Program-made: the position numbers and the translations under genes
In this document: positions 49,721-60,952 of the stretch, piece by piece
How positions within the stretch are numbered: the first letter of the stretch is position 1
Layout of the letters: each line of letters starts with the position of its first letter
Origin: a bacterium
GTDB taxonomy: Bacteria > Zhuqueibacterota > Zhuqueibacteria > Residuimicrobiales > Krinioviventaceae
NCBI GenBank assembly: GCA_963674595.2
Contig: CAXXFV010000018.1
Span: 63,470 to 127,469, forward strand
Length of the DNA stretch: 64,000 nucleotides
Direction of reading: 5' to 3'
Notes under the pieces: generated by a model
Seen by the model: the letters and a program-made list of their open reading frames with translations, nothing else
Told to the model about the DNA's origin: nothing
Databases searched by the model: none

Positions 49721-52700
49721 GTGATGATGAAGATGAAGCCAACCAGATTATATATACTATTTTTCCTGCTGCCTTCTATCCTGTTTTCACAAAAATCAAC
49801 AAATCAAAATATTACTTATTCTCACGGCCAGAACTCAACAGAGGAAATTGTAACCAATTTAACACCGGGTAATTACCAGCTTGCCCAGTTAAGCGTTGGT
49901 GACGAGTATTATTCAGACCGCACCTATACAATCACCAGTATTCCGACTGATTTTACCGGGCTGACATGGATTAAAACAGCAAATGACGATAAAAATTCAA
50001 CAGCCGATGCACTGGTGTCTTTTACACTGACCAAACCAGCTTATGTGTATATCGGGTTCGATGACCGAATTGATCCGCAGCCTAACTGGCTGACAAATAA
50101 TTTCACCAAAACCGCCACCACCATCGGCCTTTCAGATTCTAAGGTCCCGACCGTCCCGCTTTGGGTCGGTGAATACGATGCCGGAAATGTATCGCTTGGC
50201 GGCAATCTGGCAACCGGCGCTATGGAACCGGGTCCCAGTGTAACACAGTATATCATACTGATTCGGGAAAACACTGATATACCAACTATCATAACCGAAA
50301 ATTTACCGGATGGCCAGGTAAGTTCACCCTATGAAACACATTTAAGCGGACAAGGCGGAGAACGGCCCTATACATGGTCTGTTATAAGCGGCAGTCTGCC
50401 CAACGGTCTTTCTTTAAACGACAGCACCATTTCAGGCACACCCACCGCAGACGGAGATTTTAATTTTACCATAAAGCTGACGGACAACAAGTCAGACACG
50501 GTTTCAAAACCTTTTACCATTACAATCGATCCGGTACCGGTCCCCGAAGTGGTAACAACCAGTTTACCCACGGGAATTATCGGCGAAGCCTATAGCGCGG
50601 CATTGTCAGCGCAAAACGGTACGCCCCCCTATTCCTGGTCTGTTATTTCCGGGTCCCTGCCGGACGGTTTGTCATTGAGCGACAGCACCATTTCAGGAAT
50701 CCCCACAACAACCGAGGTGGCAAATTTCACCGTACAGGTTTCCGACGACAATAGCCAAACAGCAACCAAAGCATTATCCATAACCGTCAACCCGGTTTCT
50801 GTACCGGTTATTACAACAGCGACACTGCCGAATGGCACGGTCGGTGTAGCTTATAACGCCGCTCTGCACCGGACCGGAGGTGTTGCGCCTTTTGACTGGA
50901 CCATTTCAGCCGGTGCCTTGCCCAATGGCCTGGCCATTAACGACAGCACAATTTCCGGTACGCCTACGGTTGAAGGTGATTTTAACTTTACTGTTAAAGT
51001 TACGGATAAGAATGCTAATTACGATACAACCGCCTTTTCCGTCACTATTGAGGCCGTCCCTGTTTTAACAGTTATAACAACGGAACTGCCGGACGGCACG
51101 GTCAATAGTCCATATATCGGCATTCTGGAGGCGAAAAACGGCGAAACACCCTATCAGTGGCAGATTACAGATGGTACACTGCCGGATGGACTGGCCCTTA
51201 CAGACGATAAAATTATGGGAATTCCCACAGACGACGGAACCTGGAATTTTACCGTTCAGGTTAAGGACAATCAAAATGATACGGACACCCAGGCATTGTC
51301 TCTGGAGATTAAAAATTATCGACGACGTCCTCCCATTCCTCCCAAATGGGTCTATCAACCCTGGGTATGGGAAGATAACACAAATACCCAATCAGCTACA
51401 ACCGCGCTGGTCCAGGGCTATATAGACCGTGATATTCCGGTAGGATGCGTAATCGTTGACAGTCCCTGGGAAAACGCCTATAACACCTTTGTTTTCAATT
51501 CCACTGCCTATCCGACGCCGCAGCAGATGATTAATAGTATGCATTCTAAAGGTGTCAAAGTCCTTTTGTGGATTACATCATTAATCAACAAAACATCCAA
51601 AGATACACCGATAACCGGCGAAGCTCCGAATTATGATTATCCCAAACAGCAGGGCTATTTTATCAATAACGGAGCCGTATACACCTGGTGGAAAGGAACA
51701 GGCAGCTTTATCGACTTTACCAATCCGGATGCGGTTACATGGTGGCAGAGTGAGATGGACAAAGTGTTGAATATGGGAATTGACGGCTGGAAAACAGATT
51801 CCGGTAATCGGCTGTTTCCGAGTTCCGCACCTTGTTATACCGGCACCATTACAAAAAAAGAATACGGTACGTTGTATTATAAAAACTTTTACGAGTATAC
51901 GCTGCAAAAGCGGGGTCCGCAGGCCATTCTGTTTTCAAAACCCTATGATGAAAATCCGGGCGACTCGACCTATGTGCCGATAGAATATACACCCACAGGT
52001 TTTGTCGGCGACCAACTGCATGACTGGAGCAATAAAGGAATTGTCAACGGCATTAGTAACATGTTCTTATCATCACAAAAAGGTATTGTTGCCATTGGTT
52101 CAGACATCGGCGGATTTATGGGAAGCATGGCCATCACCAAAAACCTGCTCATTCGCTGGGCCCAGTTGGGCGCTATGTGCCCGATTATGGAAAACGGCGG
52201 TGTGGGTGAACACCGTCCCTGGACATTTGACAGTGAAACCGTTACTATTTACAGGTATTTTGCAAAGCTGCATGCACAGTTGGCCCCTTATCTTTATACC
52301 TATGGTGTGGTTTCTCATAACACCGGCACGCCGATATTAAGACCGGAATCCGGCACCTGGCAATATACATTGGGTGACCAGATTTTTGTGTCCACAATTT
52401 ATCAGGACGTTACCAGCCGCCGGGTTACCTTTCCGACCGGCAACGACTGGATTGATTTTTGGGATGACAATATTACTTTTGCAGGCGGCTCAACAAAATC
52501 AACCTATTATGCCAATTTGGCAAAATATCCGATTTTTATTAAAAAAGGCGCTATCATTCCCATGGAGGTTAAGGACAATACAACCGGACACGGAACAGCC
52601 GCTTCAGCCGGTTATTACACCATGCTGGTTTATCCATCCGGGACATCCCAGTTTACCATGCACCCGGAAGGAAAAGCAGCCATTCAATTCCAATGCCGTC

Positions 52701-53551
52701 AGGAACCGCAACACACCTATATAGACATTTCAAACAGTAATGAAAAATATATCTTTCGTGTCAAAAAAGACAGTCTGCCCAAATATGTAAAATTGCAAAC
52801 CGAAAAACTGACACAGGTCAACAGTTATGGAGAGTTTGAAGCCACGGATTTGTCCTGGTATTATGACGAAACAGACGACTATTTGTGGATAAAAATTGAA
52901 ACAAGTGAAGCCGTTACCCTGGATATTTCCACAGTGGAAGATGTAGTCGGTGTGGAACTGCAATCCTTTACGGCTGTTGAAAAAGACGGCCGGGTCCTTC
53001 TCAAATGGCAAACCAGTTCCGAAACCAATAACTATGGTTTTGAAGTTATGAAAAGGATCAGGTTCTCTTCCGGTCATACAGACTGGCAAACAATTGCCTT
53101 TATCAAGGGGCACGGAACCAGTTCAGGCTCAAATCAATACGAATTCACTGATAATCAAACACAATCCAACGATAAAATCGAATATCAACTGAAACAAATT
53201 GATTTTAACGGTACGAAAACCTATTCGGACATTGTGGAAATTTCGCTTGATCTGCCGACTCTATTCAAACTTTATCAAAATTATCCAAATCCCTTTAATA
53301 ATGAAACCGTCATTAATTACACTGTTCCATACGCATCTCATGTTCGAATTAAAATTTATAATATCATCGGCAATGAACTAAACACCTTGCTGGACCAGAA
53401 CAAATCTGCAGGACAATATTCTGTCCGCTGGAACAGCACGGATTCTCAGAACAATATTGTTCCAAACGGACTTTATTTTTGTTTACTGGAATCCAGGGAC
53501 AATCAGGGAAAACCGATTAAAAAAATGATCAAAATGTTATTGATCCAATAA
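49721..53551 (+). CDS. Secreted GH31 glycosidase with four putative-Ig domains and T9SS-type CTD
   Basis: 4x LP.G..G..Y...L.A.GG..PY.W...SG.LP.GL; IDFTNPDA..WW, DGWKTD, VGD, GSDIGG, RWAQLGA; QNYPNPFN. Confidence 0.9.
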   Translation: MMMKMKPTRLYILFFLLPSILFSQKSTNQNITYSHGQNSTEEIVTNLTPGNYQLAQLSVGDEYYSDRTYTITSIPTDFTGLTWIKTANDDKNSTADALVSFTLTKPAYVYIGFDDRIDPQPNWLTNNFTKTATTIGLSDSKVPTVPLWVGEYDAGNVSLGGNLATGAMEPGPSVTQYIILIRENTDIPTIITENLPDGQVSSPYETHLSGQGGERPYTWSVISGSLPNGLSLNDSTISGTPTADGDFNFTIKLTDNKSDTVSKPFTITIDPVPVPEVVTTSLPTGIIGEAYSAALSAQNGTPPYSWSVISGSLPDGLSLSDSTISGIPTTTEVANFTVQVSDDNSQTATKALSITVNPVSVPVITTATLPNGTVGVAYNAALHRTGGVAPFDWTISAGALPNGLAINDSTISGTPTVEGDFNFTVKVTDKNANYDTTAFSVTIEAVPVLTVITTELPDGTVNSPYIGILEAKNGETPYQWQITDGTLPDGLALTDDKIMGIPTDDGTWNFTVQVKDNQNDTDTQALSLEIKNYRRRPPIPPKWVYQPWVWEDNTNTQSATTALVQGYIDRDIPVGCVIVDSPWENAYNTFVFNSTAYPTPQQMINSMHSKGVKVLLWITSLINKTSKDTPITGEAPNYDYPKQQGYFINNGAVYTWWKGTGSFIDFTNPDAVTWWQSEMDKVLNMGIDGWKTDSGNRLFPSSAPCYTGTITKKEYGTLYYKNFYEYTLQKRGPQAILFSKPYDENPGDSTYVPIEYTPTGFVGDQLHDWSNKGIVNGISNMFLSSQKGIVAIGSDIGGFMGSMAITKNLLIRWAQLGAMCPIMENGGVGEHRPWTFDSETVTIYRYFAKLHAQLAPYLYTYGVVSHNTGTPILRPESGTWQYTLGDQIFVSTIYQDVTSRRVTFPTGNDWIDFWDDNITFAGGSTKSTYYANLAKYPIFIKKGAIIPMEVKDNTTGHGTAASAGYYTMLVYPSGTSQFTMHPEGKAAIQFQCRQEPQHTYIDISNSNEKYIFRVKKDSLPKYVKLQTEKLTQVNSYGEFEATDLSWYYDETDDYLWIKIETSEAVTLDISTVEDVVGVELQSFTAVEKDGRVLLKWQTSSETNNYGFEVMKRIRFSSGHTDWQTIAFIKGHGTSSGSNQYEFTDNQTQSNDKIEYQLKQIDFNGTKTYSDIVEISLDLPTLFKLYQNYPNPFNNETVINYTVPYASHVRIKIYNIIGNELNTLLDQNKSAGQYSVRWNSTDSQNNIVPNGLYFCLLESRDNQGKPIKKMIKMLLIQ

Positions 53552-53766
53552 CCATTTTTCAAATTTAAAAATCAGGTGACGGATAATATGCACACAAGCA
53601 TATTATCCGTTTATTATTAAATAAACCTTTATTATAAAATGTTGATATGTTATAAAACATTTTAAAAAGGTATGGCCGAAATATAAATTCAATGAAACCT
53701 TTTAGATAAATAGTGGTATACAATTTAATAATCCCAATGGTATTAAAAAAAAGAAAGGAGTCGGCC

Positions 53767-56517
53767 ATGCCAAAACGAGGCATTATGTTTTTGTCTTTAA
53801 CACTATTGCTCCTCGTTGCGTTAAATGCATTTTCAGCGGAGGAAAATTTGAATTTTAACATTGACATCCCGTACGAAAAATTTGTACTTGATAACGGCTT
53901 GACACTGCTTGTTCACACAGACCGTAAAGCTCCGATTGTTGCCGTAAATATATGGTATCACGTCGGATCAAAAAACGAAAAACGCGGGAAAACAGGATTT
54001 GCACATTTGTTCGAACACCTCATGTTCAACGGCAGTGAACATTTTAACGACGACTATTTTAAAGCCATGGAACGTGTCGGTGCAACAAACCTGAACGGCA
54101 CCACCAGTGAAGACCGAACAAACTATTTTGAAAATGTTCCGACATCAGCGCTGGACATTGCCCTGTGGATGGAATCCGACCGAATGGGGCACATGATTGG
54201 TGCGATAGATCAGGGAAAACTGGATGAACAACGCGGTGTTGTTCAAAACGAAAAACGCGAATATGAAAATCAGCCCTATGGCGTTGTTGAAGAGCTGATT
54301 ACCAAAGCAACATGGCCTGCCAATCACCCCTATTCATGGACGGTTATCGGTTCCATGGAAGACCTGGATGCAGCCTCTCTGGAAGATGTGCATGAATGGT
54401 TTAAAACCTATTACGGTCCTTCCAATGCTGTTCTGGTTGTAGCCGGCGATATTGATGCACAAACTGCCAAAGAAAAAATTGAAAAATATTTCGGCGATAT
54501 ACCGGCAGGTCCGCCGGTTACTCACTTTGAACAGTGGATTGCCAAACGAACCGGTACACAACGTCAACAAGTTTTTGACAGGGTCCCGCAAGCAAGAATA
54601 TATAAAATCTGGAATGTTCCCGAATGGGGTTCTGCTGACGCCGTTTATCTGGACCTTGTTTCTGATATTTTATCAAGTGGAAAAACATCCCGTTTTTACA
54701 AACGTCTGGTTTATGAGGACCAAATTGCAACAGAAGCAAATGCGTATCTGGATACGCGGGAAATTGCAAGTCAATTTGTCATTAAGGGAACAGCCAAACC
54801 AGGTGTGGATATAAATGACGTTGAAAAAGCAATTGACGAAGAACTGGCCCGGTTTATTACAGAAGGTCCTACGGAAAAAGAACTGCAACGGGTAAAAACA
54901 CAATACATTTCCAACTTTGTTCGGGGTATCGAAAAAATTGGCGGATTTGGCGGCAAGTCCGATATTTTAGCTAAAAACATGGTCTACCAGGGAAATCCCG
55001 AATATTATAAAACAACCCTGGCACGTATTCAAAACGCAACCATACAAGACTTGTGGGCAACCGCAAAAAAATGGCTTCGCGACGGTGATTATAATTTACA
55101 GGTCCTTCCCTTCCCGGAATATACGACAAATGAAAGCGATGTGGACCGTTCAAAATTGCCGACGCCGGGTACTCCCCCGGATTCCAAATTTCCGACTTTG
55201 CAGCGCGCCACGTTAAATAACGGTATGAAAATCGTTTTAGCCGAACGACATTCCATTCCGGTTGTATCGATGACCATGCTGTTTGACGCCGGTTATGCTT
55301 CGGACCAATTGGCAACACCGGGCACGGCACGGCTGGCAATGGGTATGCTGGATGAAGGTACAAAAAAACGTTCTGCCCTGGAAATAAGCGACGAACTTGC
55401 CATGCTTGGCGCAAAACTTGGCACCGGTTCCAACCTGGACATGTCTTATGTTTATTTGAACACATTAACATCCACAATGGATGACGCCCTGGATATTTTT
55501 GCCGATGTAATTCAGAATCCGTCATTCCCGGAATCTGATTTTACAAGATTGCAAAAAATGCAAATGGCAAAAATCCAGCAGGAAAAAGTCACGCCGATCC
55601 AGATGGCCCTGCGCACCTTCCCGACATTGCTTTACGGAAAAGACCATGCCTATGGCAACCCGTTAACCGGCTCTGGTACGGAAGCGTCGGTTTCCGCTCT
55701 TCAAATAAAAGACCTGAAAGAATTCCATTCCAAATGGATAATACCCAATAATGCCACACTGGTGATTGTAGGAGATATTACGCTGGACCAGATACAATCA
55801 AAACTTGAAAAACTGTTCAAGTCCTGGAAATCCGGTGATATTCCTCAAAAAAATATTTCCACAGTAGAGCAAAAAGCCGAACCGGTTATTTACCTGATGG
55901 ACCGACCGGGCGCTTTACAATCCATCATTTTCGCCGGTCATGTAACACCGCCAAAAGCAAACGATGAAGAAATCGCCATTGAAACCATGATGAACATTCT
56001 CGGCGGTACGTTTACATCACGGATTAACATGAATCTTCGTGAAGACAAACACTGGACCTATGGTGCGTTTGCATTTATCTGGGATGCCAAAGGTCAAAGA
56101 CCACTGATTGCCTATTCGCCTGTCCAACTAGACAAAACCAAAGAGGCCATGCAGGAAATATATAACGAAATGACCGGTATTATTGGCACGAATCCACCGA
56201 CTGAAGATGAACTGGACAAAAGCCAAAAGAACATGACACTTAATTTGCCGGGCCGCTGGGAAACAATAAATGCCGTTTCCAACTCGGTTGAAGAAATTGT
56301 ACAATTCGGTCTGGATGATGATTACTATAACAAATACCCTGAGGAAATTAAAGAGCTGGACCTGAATGATTTAGCTAAAGCGGCAAAAACAGTTATTCAT
56401 CCGAATAATCTGGTATGGGTCATTGTCGGAGATAAAAGCAAAATAGAAGACAGTTTAAAAGAACTCAACTTTGGTAAAATTCAATATATTGACGGCGACG
56501 GAAATTTTATTGAATAA
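53767..56517 (+). CDS. M16 (pitrilysin/PqqL-like) zinc metallopeptidase
   Basis: WYHVGSKNE, HLFEH (HxxEH), second inactive M16 half, LRED..WTYG. Confidence 0.93.
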   Translation: MPKRGIMFLSLTLLLLVALNAFSAEENLNFNIDIPYEKFVLDNGLTLLVHTDRKAPIVAVNIWYHVGSKNEKRGKTGFAHLFEHLMFNGSEHFNDDYFKAMERVGATNLNGTTSEDRTNYFENVPTSALDIALWMESDRMGHMIGAIDQGKLDEQRGVVQNEKREYENQPYGVVEELITKATWPANHPYSWTVIGSMEDLDAASLEDVHEWFKTYYGPSNAVLVVAGDIDAQTAKEKIEKYFGDIPAGPPVTHFEQWIAKRTGTQRQQVFDRVPQARIYKIWNVPEWGSADAVYLDLVSDILSSGKTSRFYKRLVYEDQIATEANAYLDTREIASQFVIKGTAKPGVDINDVEKAIDEELARFITEGPTEKELQRVKTQYISNFVRGIEKIGGFGGKSDILAKNMVYQGNPEYYKTTLARIQNATIQDLWATAKKWLRDGDYNLQVLPFPEYTTNESDVDRSKLPTPGTPPDSKFPTLQRATLNNGMKIVLAERHSIPVVSMTMLFDAGYASDQLATPGTARLAMGMLDEGTKKRSALEISDELAMLGAKLGTGSNLDMSYVYLNTLTSTMDDALDIFADVIQNPSFPESDFTRLQKMQMAKIQQEKVTPIQMALRTFPTLLYGKDHAYGNPLTGSGTEASVSALQIKDLKEFHSKWIIPNNATLVIVGDITLDQIQSKLEKLFKSWKSGDIPQKNISTVEQKAEPVIYLMDRPGALQSIIFAGHVTPPKANDEEIAIETMMNILGGTFTSRINMNLREDKHWTYGAFAFIWDAKGQRPLIAYSPVQLDKTKEAMQEIYNEMTGIIGTNPPTEDELDKSQKNMTLNLPGRWETINAVSNSVEEIVQFGLDDDYYNKYPEEIKELDLNDLAKAAKTVIHPNNLVWVIVGDKSKIEDSLKELNFGKIQYIDGDGNFIE

Positions 56518-56540
56518 TATATATTAAAATAACCTAAAAC

Positions 56541-56572
56541 AAAAAAGGTAACCATTTGGTTACCTTTTTTTT
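56541..56572. terminator. Bidirectional intrinsic terminator
   Basis: AAAAAAGGTAACCA-TT-TGGTTACCTTTTTT between convergent genes. Confidence 0.85.
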
Positions 56573-56578
56573 ATTTTA

Positions 56579-58201
56579 TTAAAACTTTTCGTCATACTTT
56601 GTCCAAAGCTGGTCGCCAAGCTTCCAACAGGCCTGAACGGATTTGTCCGCCCATTGCATACTGTATTGAGTTAAAAACTTGACAGCTTGTTTAGGATTTT
56701 TCTGATAAAGGGCCAGGGCCTGCTGTTCAACTTTGGCCTGATCGGCAAACATTTCCGCCTGCATGGGATCAAAAACATTGCGAACATCATGCCGCATATC
56801 ACCCCAGCGCTGTGCCGCCAAAGTGCTCATACGATTAAAGCCCCACCAGGCACAATCACGCGAATAACCTGTTTCTCTTCCCCGTGCTTTGTAGGAAGCA
56901 GGTACGTCCAATATGGAACAGTACAACGGCACATAAACGGACGTAGCCACATTATCAAAAGCAAACCACACCAAACCGCCGATCTCATCAGGAACGTTTT
57001 CCCGTGACTGGGTTATGGTTGCATACATGGTGTACCATCTGGCAATCGTGCGTTCACCAAGCGCCCCCCAACCCCCGTTGATTTTAAAAATACGGTTCAT
57101 ATCATAGGGCATAAACGGATTGGCAAAAGGAGAAATGATTGTTTTACCTTCTTTATCCGTATCAGTAATATTTTTCACAAAATTATAATTCGTGCCTTCA
57201 TAATAGTCCTGAAAAATTTGCACCAGTTTTTCCAAAGTTACCAGAGAATCCGGTTTTACGGAAAAGGGATAATCCTTGTCATCGGGATGAATATGTAATG
57301 AAGGCGCCATTAACTTTAGCGCCCGCCACTCTCGTCGTCTTGAGGCGAGCGAATGTCGGCCGCCCGGATCATAGGCATAACAAAATTCAAAGGCACTGTC
57401 CTCAGGATTCCACCAACCACTGTCCTGTGCGACTTTAAAAATATTTTCAGAGGCCATAAAAAAATCGGTATTATCCAGATCAATCTGACGAATACGGCTG
57501 GCATTGGCGTTAACGGACACATGATCATCAGGAACACGCTGGGCAACCCAAATAGAACCTACATTTCCTTTTCCCGGCCCGACAATTTCCAGGTGCCAAA
57601 CCTCTTTTTTATCGGCAATGGTAAGACATTCACCGCCGTCAATATAACCGTATTTTTTGGTCAAATCTCCTGCCAGTTCTATTGCTTCCCGAGCGGTTTC
57701 ACAACGTTCCAGCATCAATTGAACAAGCTGTTGACAGTCTATCAAACCACTGTCCGAGCGCAGAGTACTTCTCCCGCCGAATGTGGATTCACCAATAGCC
57801 AATTGTTTATCGTTCATACAGGGGTAGGCCGTGTTAATAAAACCGTGTGTATGTTCCACCTGAGGAATATCTCCGGTAGCAACATGTTTATAAGCCGGCA
57901 TGGCCTGTTTGTTGTCACCGGCACGTTTGACCATGGTGACGGTACTGTTTTTATCGTGCTTTTGCGAAGAAACAATATCCAGCCAGGCACGGGTACGATG
58001 GCTGTCACAAGTATGAGACGTCGTTACACACCCGGATACGGTGGCTTTACGACCAACAGTTACTGATGTGCAGCCGTCAGGGCGGTCACCTTCCCAGTCA
58101 TAATAATATTCCGGATTTCGTTCTCCGGCAAACGTTATAGTCGTCAATAACATGAATAACAAAGTTGTTTTTTTTAACAGATAAAAGGGGTTTAGGGACA
58201 T
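56579..58201 (-). CDS. Peptidase C69 family dipeptidase (Ntn hydrolase)
   Basis: DG-CTSVTVG.KAT..G, MND.QLAIGESTF, GE.L.IAD..E.W..E, WVAQRVPDD. Confidence 0.9.
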   Translation of the reverse strand: MSLNPFYLLKKTTLLFMLLTTITFAGERNPEYYYDWEGDRPDGCTSVTVGRKATVSGCVTTSHTCDSHRTRAWLDIVSSQKHDKNSTVTMVKRAGDNKQAMPAYKHVATGDIPQVEHTHGFINTAYPCMNDKQLAIGESTFGGRSTLRSDSGLIDCQQLVQLMLERCETAREAIELAGDLTKKYGYIDGGECLTIADKKEVWHLEIVGPGKGNVGSIWVAQRVPDDHVSVNANASRIRQIDLDNTDFFMASENIFKVAQDSGWWNPEDSAFEFCYAYDPGGRHSLASRRREWRALKLMAPSLHIHPDDKDYPFSVKPDSLVTLEKLVQIFQDYYEGTNYNFVKNITDTDKEGKTIISPFANPFMPYDMNRIFKINGGWGALGERTIARWYTMYATITQSRENVPDEIGGLVWFAFDNVATSVYVPLYCSILDVPASYKARGRETGYSRDCAWWGFNRMSTLAAQRWGDMRHDVRNVFDPMQAEMFADQAKVEQQALALYQKNPKQAVKFLTQYSMQWADKSVQACWKLGDQLWTKYDEKF

Positions 58202-58408
58202 GTTAATCTCCTTAGGTCATTAGATTCGGTTAATAAAACAAGGACCGAATTTAAAAAAAATCGGGGTCAATTCAAAGTTTAGAAATATGGAAATACGAAA
58301 TTATGCCATAAAATATGTATATAAAACATTATTTTACTTGATATTAAAAATTTTTTTACTAGATTTAAGATAATTAAAAGACCATGTAATCCACACAGGG
58401 GAGTTGAC

Positions 58409-59740
58409 ATGCGACGTGATAATATTTATTTAAAATTTTTGATTACCCTCATTTTCTATACATCCGCAAATGCTCAGGTTTTATTTTTTCCTCAAAATCA
58501 AACCATTGATACAAAGGCAATGTCAAACGACAGTACCATTCGTATTGATGATATGATTTTCAAGGTAAAAAAAATCAATAAAACCAGTGCGGCTTTTTAT
58601 CAAACCCGGGTGTGGCCGGATGCAAAGGTTTATTACAGTTTTCATCCGGATCTAGACCAGGAGTTTATACCATATTTTCAACAGGCATTTTCAGCCTGGC
58701 AGCAGGGTACACCGCTGCAGTTTATCGAACGGACAACCGAACACAATTATATTCTGATTGTGCCAGGTGAGGATATAAATTCCTCTTCTGTCGGCATGAC
58801 AATGGGTATACAGGAACTGAAAATCATTAGCAAACATGTTGGAACATGCATTCATGAACTGGGTCATGCCGTGGGACTTGTTCATGAACACCAACGCAGT
58901 GACCGCGACCAATATGTGATAATTAATACGGATAACATAGATCCTGAATATGTATATGCTTTTGATTATTACCCATCTATAAACTATACACCCTATGATT
59001 TTTTTTCAATCATGCATTATCCCCAAAAGGCCTTTTCCATTAATGGCCAACCAACAATTGAGACCAAACCTAACTTTAGTCACTATTCCGATATAATGGG
59101 GCGACAAGACAGCCTAACAACATATGACAAACTTGCCATCGTCAATATGTATAACAATATACCGGTTCTTATGCAGCCGGAACATGAAGCAATAAATATT
59201 CAACGAAATAACCCCGAATTGGCCTGGTCCACTGTGCCGGATGCTGTGGAATATCAGGTGCAACTGGCCTTTGATGAAAAATTCCAAAACATTAATTTTG
59301 ATAAAACAACACCCGAATTTAATCCAGGCGCAGGATTATTGATAAAACGAACGTATACGGTTAATTCGTCCTTGTTATTTATTACCTCCTATTACTGGCG
59401 GGTTCGTGCAATCACAGAAAACGGCCCCATGGATTGGTCTGATACGGGAAAATTTACAACGGATTATAGTGCGGAAGAAGACATTCGTTTGATTTCTTCC
59501 TTTCCGAATCCATTTCGTGATAAAGTTACAATAACTTTTCGTGCTATACGCGCCGGGCATGTTACAATCGCTATTTATAATCTGCTTGGCGAAAAAGTTG
59601 CAGACCTTGTTTCCAGAAAATGTGAGATGGGATTTTATACACAACAATGGGACGCCCGCGACTGTCCGAACGGCATTTATTTTGCGTATTACCAGAGGGC
59701 CAATACGCACCAAACGTGCAAACTTTTATTATGCAGATAA
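58409..59740 (+). CDS. Astacin (M12A) metalloprotease with FN3-like and T9SS-type CTD
   Basis: HELGHAVGLVHEHQRSDRD, YDFFSIMHY (Met-turn), YYWRVRA, FPNPF. Confidence 0.93.
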   Translation: MRRDNIYLKFLITLIFYTSANAQVLFFPQNQTIDTKAMSNDSTIRIDDMIFKVKKINKTSAAFYQTRVWPDAKVYYSFHPDLDQEFIPYFQQAFSAWQQGTPLQFIERTTEHNYILIVPGEDINSSSVGMTMGIQELKIISKHVGTCIHELGHAVGLVHEHQRSDRDQYVIINTDNIDPEYVYAFDYYPSINYTPYDFFSIMHYPQKAFSINGQPTIETKPNFSHYSDIMGRQDSLTTYDKLAIVNMYNNIPVLMQPEHEAINIQRNNPELAWSTVPDAVEYQVQLAFDEKFQNINFDKTTPEFNPGAGLLIKRTYTVNSSLLFITSYYWRVRAITENGPMDWSDTGKFTTDYSAEEDIRLISSFPNPFRDKVTITFRAIRAGHVTIAIYNLLGEKVADLVSRKCEMGFYTQQWDARDCPNGIYFAYYQRANTHQTCKLLLCR

Positions 59741-59832
59741 TGATATTTACTTTTTGTCATAAAAATAAAATCTTGCTTTTAAAAAAAAATCTTGGAAAAT
59801 TTCAAAAAATTTTGTACCATTAAAGCCGTTGA

Positions 59833-59904
<72 letters not shown>

Positions 59905-59907
59905 CAT

Positions 59908-59943
59908 AAAAAAGCCCCTGAAAATTAATTCAGAGGCTTTTTT
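59908..59943 (+). terminator. Terminator after the tRNA
   Basis: AAAAAGCCCCTGAA..TTCAGAGGCTTTTTT. Confidence 0.75.
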
Positions 59944-60162
59944 GTTTCATACCCTTACGGTAAACAATCTATCATACCTGTATTATTTCCACCTGCTTTC
60001 AATTTGACATCTTGTTCATAACACGATAATTTACAAAATTTAAACTGATCTCTAATAATAGAAAATAATAAATTTCTGTTTTATAATAAACTAACAATTC
60101 AATAGTTTAAATACAAAAATTACATTAGTCGACAAGACAAAAGGCTAACTTTAATAATTAAC

Positions 60163-60200
60163 AAAAGCGTCTGATAATAAAATCAGACGCTTTTTATTTT
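60163..60200. terminator. Terminator hairpin
   Basis: AAAAGCGTCTGAT-AATAAA-ATCAGACGCTTTT. Confidence 0.75.
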
Positions 60201-60224
60201 TTCTAGCAGAAATATTTTTTCGAA

Positions 60225-60674
60225 TTATAATTGTGGGCAAGTACCTGACCAAGAATGTTGCGGATACCACATATCAGATTCTTCATGTTCAAAATAGCTA
60301 TGACAAGTAGCCGTAAATGAATCGCCAGTACTTATTGTTTGATACCGAAATATACTTATAGTACCGCCGCTGTAATTACTACGATAATTATCGCCATATA
60401 CAGTATTTCCATTTACAGTAACCCATACTTCCGATTCAACAATATAGATATATTCTATATTTGTTAATCCTTCACTAGAGGAGGTAGCTGATATTTGTCC
60501 GTTACTAACTATATTATAACTATGTCTTGCCCAACAACTTGCTTCTTCAGCACCATAACCTATTGTAGATGTATCTTGCCAATATGCACCTTGAACTTGA
60601 CTCAAACAAATACCAGTTGACACAAATAAAAACATAATAACTACAAAAATTTGAACAAAATTATTATTTCTCAT
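60225..60674 (-). CDS. Small secreted hypothetical protein
   Basis: AGGAG RBS, signal peptide, Ser/Thr/Tyr-rich beta-type mature part. Confidence 0.7.
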   Translation of the reverse strand: MRNNNFVQIFVVIMFLFVSTGICLSQVQGAYWQDTSTIGYGAEEASCWARHSYNIVSNGQISATSSSEGLTNIEYIYIVESEVWVTVNGNTVYGDNYRSNYSGGTISIFRYQTISTGDSFTATCHSYFEHEESDMWYPQHSWSGTCPQL

Positions 60675-60952
60675 GTCTTTCTCCTATATTTTAAAAAATT
60701 TTTTAAAATGATTAGACAAATAGGCATATATAATCCCAACTTGCCGGAGGTCCCCGCAAATTTGTTTGGTATTTTAAATATATATTTACAAACACAAACA
60801 TCAATCCCGCCAATTACTAAAAACTCTGGTTTTTAATAAAAAAACCAATGAATTATTTTATATTTGAGTTGTAATACAAACCCGCTTTTTGTCAAGTTTC
60901 AATCAAAAAAAACGACTAAAAAATGCCGACACTTATAAAATTATAGAATTGA

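Noticed and set aside
57353-58066. 237-aa + strand ORF and other antisense ORFs in the track
   Set aside because: Shadows of well-supported genes on the opposite strand, with no motifs
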